From the NCBI GenBank assembly GCA_038087875.1, contig JAXLNO010000263.1, positions 62,001 to 126,000 on the forward strand: a DNA stretch of 64,000 nt, read 5' to 3'. The first letter of the stretch is position 1; each line of letters begins with the position of its first letter. The notes under the pieces are model-generated. The model made no database searches and was not told the origin of the DNA. It saw nothing but the letters and a program-made list of their open reading frames with translations. The DNA is from Malacoraja senta. Taxonomy: Eukaryota. Shown piece after piece: positions 62,101-64,000 of the stretch. Both the position numbers and the translations under genes were made by a program.

Positions 62101-62611
62101 GTCACAGGGCATGGTGGAAAGAATAAATGGAACATTGAAGGTTAATATAAATAAGATTTGTGTAACTACAAAGTTGAATTGGATCGATGCCCTGCCATCG
62201 GCACTGAAGAGATGTTGCATGTAAACTAACCGAATAACCCACATAACACCACATGAGATGCTTACTGGCCGACTTATGTAGGTGGCACAATGGAGAGGTC
62301 CCCACAAGGGACCGAGTTTGGAACAGTTACAGGTAGAATTTAAGAAGTATATGTAACAGTTAATTATGATATACAAGTTTATTTATGCACAGGCAAAGTA
62401 AAAGCAGTTGGAGGTGGACCAGGATGAAGGACCCTTTAAACCAGGAGACAAGGTGTATGTATGAGCATTCCGAACCACCCACGGCAGTTCAGGTAGAAGG
62501 TTGATCTACCTGGTACCATTTCAATCCTTACATGAGGGCTGTCCCGCAGGTACGACTAGATAATAGCCCTGAGGTAAGTGAACAGGAGGACAAAGAAGTG
62601 AGGGAAGTGTT

Positions 62612-63930
62612 GAGCAAATTAATGGAAAGGATACTTAAAGATAATATATATAAGCATTTGGACAAACAGGGTCTGATTAGGAACAATCAACATGGATTTG
62701 TGCCTGGAAGGTCATGTTTGACTAATCTTTTTGAATTTTTGAAGAGGTTACTAGGGAAATTGATGAGGGTAAAGCGGTGGATGTTGTCTATATGGAATTC
62801 AGTAAGGCCTTTGACAAGGTTCCACATGGAAGGTTGGTTAAGAAGGTTCAATTGTTGGGTATTAATGGTGGAGTAGCAAGATGGATTGAACAGTGGCTGA
62901 ATGGGAGATGACAGAGAGTAATGGTGGATGTCTGTTTGTCAAGTTGGAGGCCAGTGACTAGTGCGGTGCTTCAGGGATCTGTGTTGGGTCCACTGTTGTT
63001 TGTCATATACTTCAATGATCTGGATGATGGTGTGGTAAATTGGATTAGTAAGTATGCAGATGATACTAAGATAGGTGGTGTTGTGGATAATGAAATAGAT
63101 TTTCAAAGTCTACAGAGAGATTTAGGCCATTTGGAACAGTGAGCTGAAAGATGGCAGATGGAGATTAATGTTGATAAGTGTGACGTGCTACATCTTGGCA
63201 GGACAAATCAAAATAGGACGTACATGGTAAATGGTAGGGAATTGAGGAATGCAGTTGAACAGAGGGATCTAGGAATAACTGTGCATAGTTCCCTGAAGGT
63301 GGAATCTCATGTAGATAGGGTGGTAAAGAAAGCTTTTGGTGTGATGCCTTTATAAATCGGAGCATTGAGTATAGAAGTTGGGATGTAATATTAAAATTGT
63401 ACAAGGCATTGGTGATGCCAATTATGGAGTATGGTGTACAATTTTGGTCGTCAAATTATAGGAAAGATGTCAACAAAATATAGAGAGTACAGAGGAGATT
63501 TTCTAGAATGTTGCTTGGGTTTCAGCAACTACGTTACAGAGAAAGGTTGAACAAGTTAGGTCTTTATTGTTTGGAGCGCAGAAGGTTATGATGAGAGGGA
63601 TAGACAGAGTTGACGTGGATATGCATTTTCAATTGAGAGTAGGGAAGATTCAAACAAGAGGACATGATTAAGGGACAGAAGTTTAAGGGTAACATGAGGG
63701 GGAAATTGTTTACTTAGAGAGTGGTAGCTGTGTGGAATGAGCTTCCAGTGGAAGTGGTGGAGGCAGGTTGGATTTTATCATTTAAAAATAATTGGATAGG
63801 TATATGGACGGGAAAGGAATGGAGGGTTATGGTCTGAGTGCAGGTAGATGGAACTAGGTGAGAGTAAGTGTTAGGCACGGACTAGAAGGGCCGAGATGGC
63901 ATGTTTCATTGCTGTCATTGTTATATGGTT
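62612..63930 (+). mobile_element. 5'-truncated CR1 LINE nested in the ERV
   Basis: QHGFVPGRSCLTNL, QGSVLGPLLF and KYADDTK motifs; CR1 3' tail. Confidence 0.88.
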
Positions 63931-64000
63931 AAGATAATGTGAGTTTTTTGGAGACATTAGTGACTATGAGACTGGTGTAAATAAGGTCAGAATAAGGGGT

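Larger units (their letters stand above)
54700..64000 (+). mobile_element. Degenerate class I-like endogenous retrovirus (5' LTR, PBS, leader, gag-pol), interrupted by L1 and CR1 and probably continuing beyond the window
   Basis: LTR-like region with AATAAA at 55140 ending ...CA at 55219, then PBS at 55224. Gag-like WPKEGTF (~59733) and CWGC (~61036). RT QGFK and QYVDDLL (~61243). RNase H GNQSADEVA. Integrase [14 protein letters not shown] and PGDKVYV. The left boundary is uncertain. Confidence 0.8.

Overview
Vertebrate genomic DNA, most likely from a cartilaginous fish (skate/ray-like, inferred from HE1/V-SINE-type SINEs and the CR1/Penelope repeat mix). Three protein-coding genes can be assembled by hand. 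(1) The last three coding exons of COL9A2 (+, 299-7286). (2) An 11-exon TRIT1 tRNA isopentenyltransferase (+, 13611-39998, about 443 aa). Its intron 2 is a minor-spliceosome AT-AC intron, and exon 9 is one base short as assembled. (3) A short CRP/SAP-like pentraxin (-, CDS 50944-49060, 226 aa) convergent with TRIT1. The rest is largely mobile DNA: three divergent L1 copies, CR1 and Rex/L2-type LINE relics, Penelope-like remnants with hammerhead-like cores, several TIR elements, a family of non-autonomous Helitrons with C/T-rich interiors (some head-to-tail and composite), and a degenerate class I-like ERV with a tRNA-Ser(UGA)-type primer site. The most unusual structures are a ~276-bp almost spacer-less palindrome covering the L1 ORF2 start codon, and the composite tandem Helitrons. 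No database searches were run: family calls rest on recognised motifs, and repeat boundaries are approximate.
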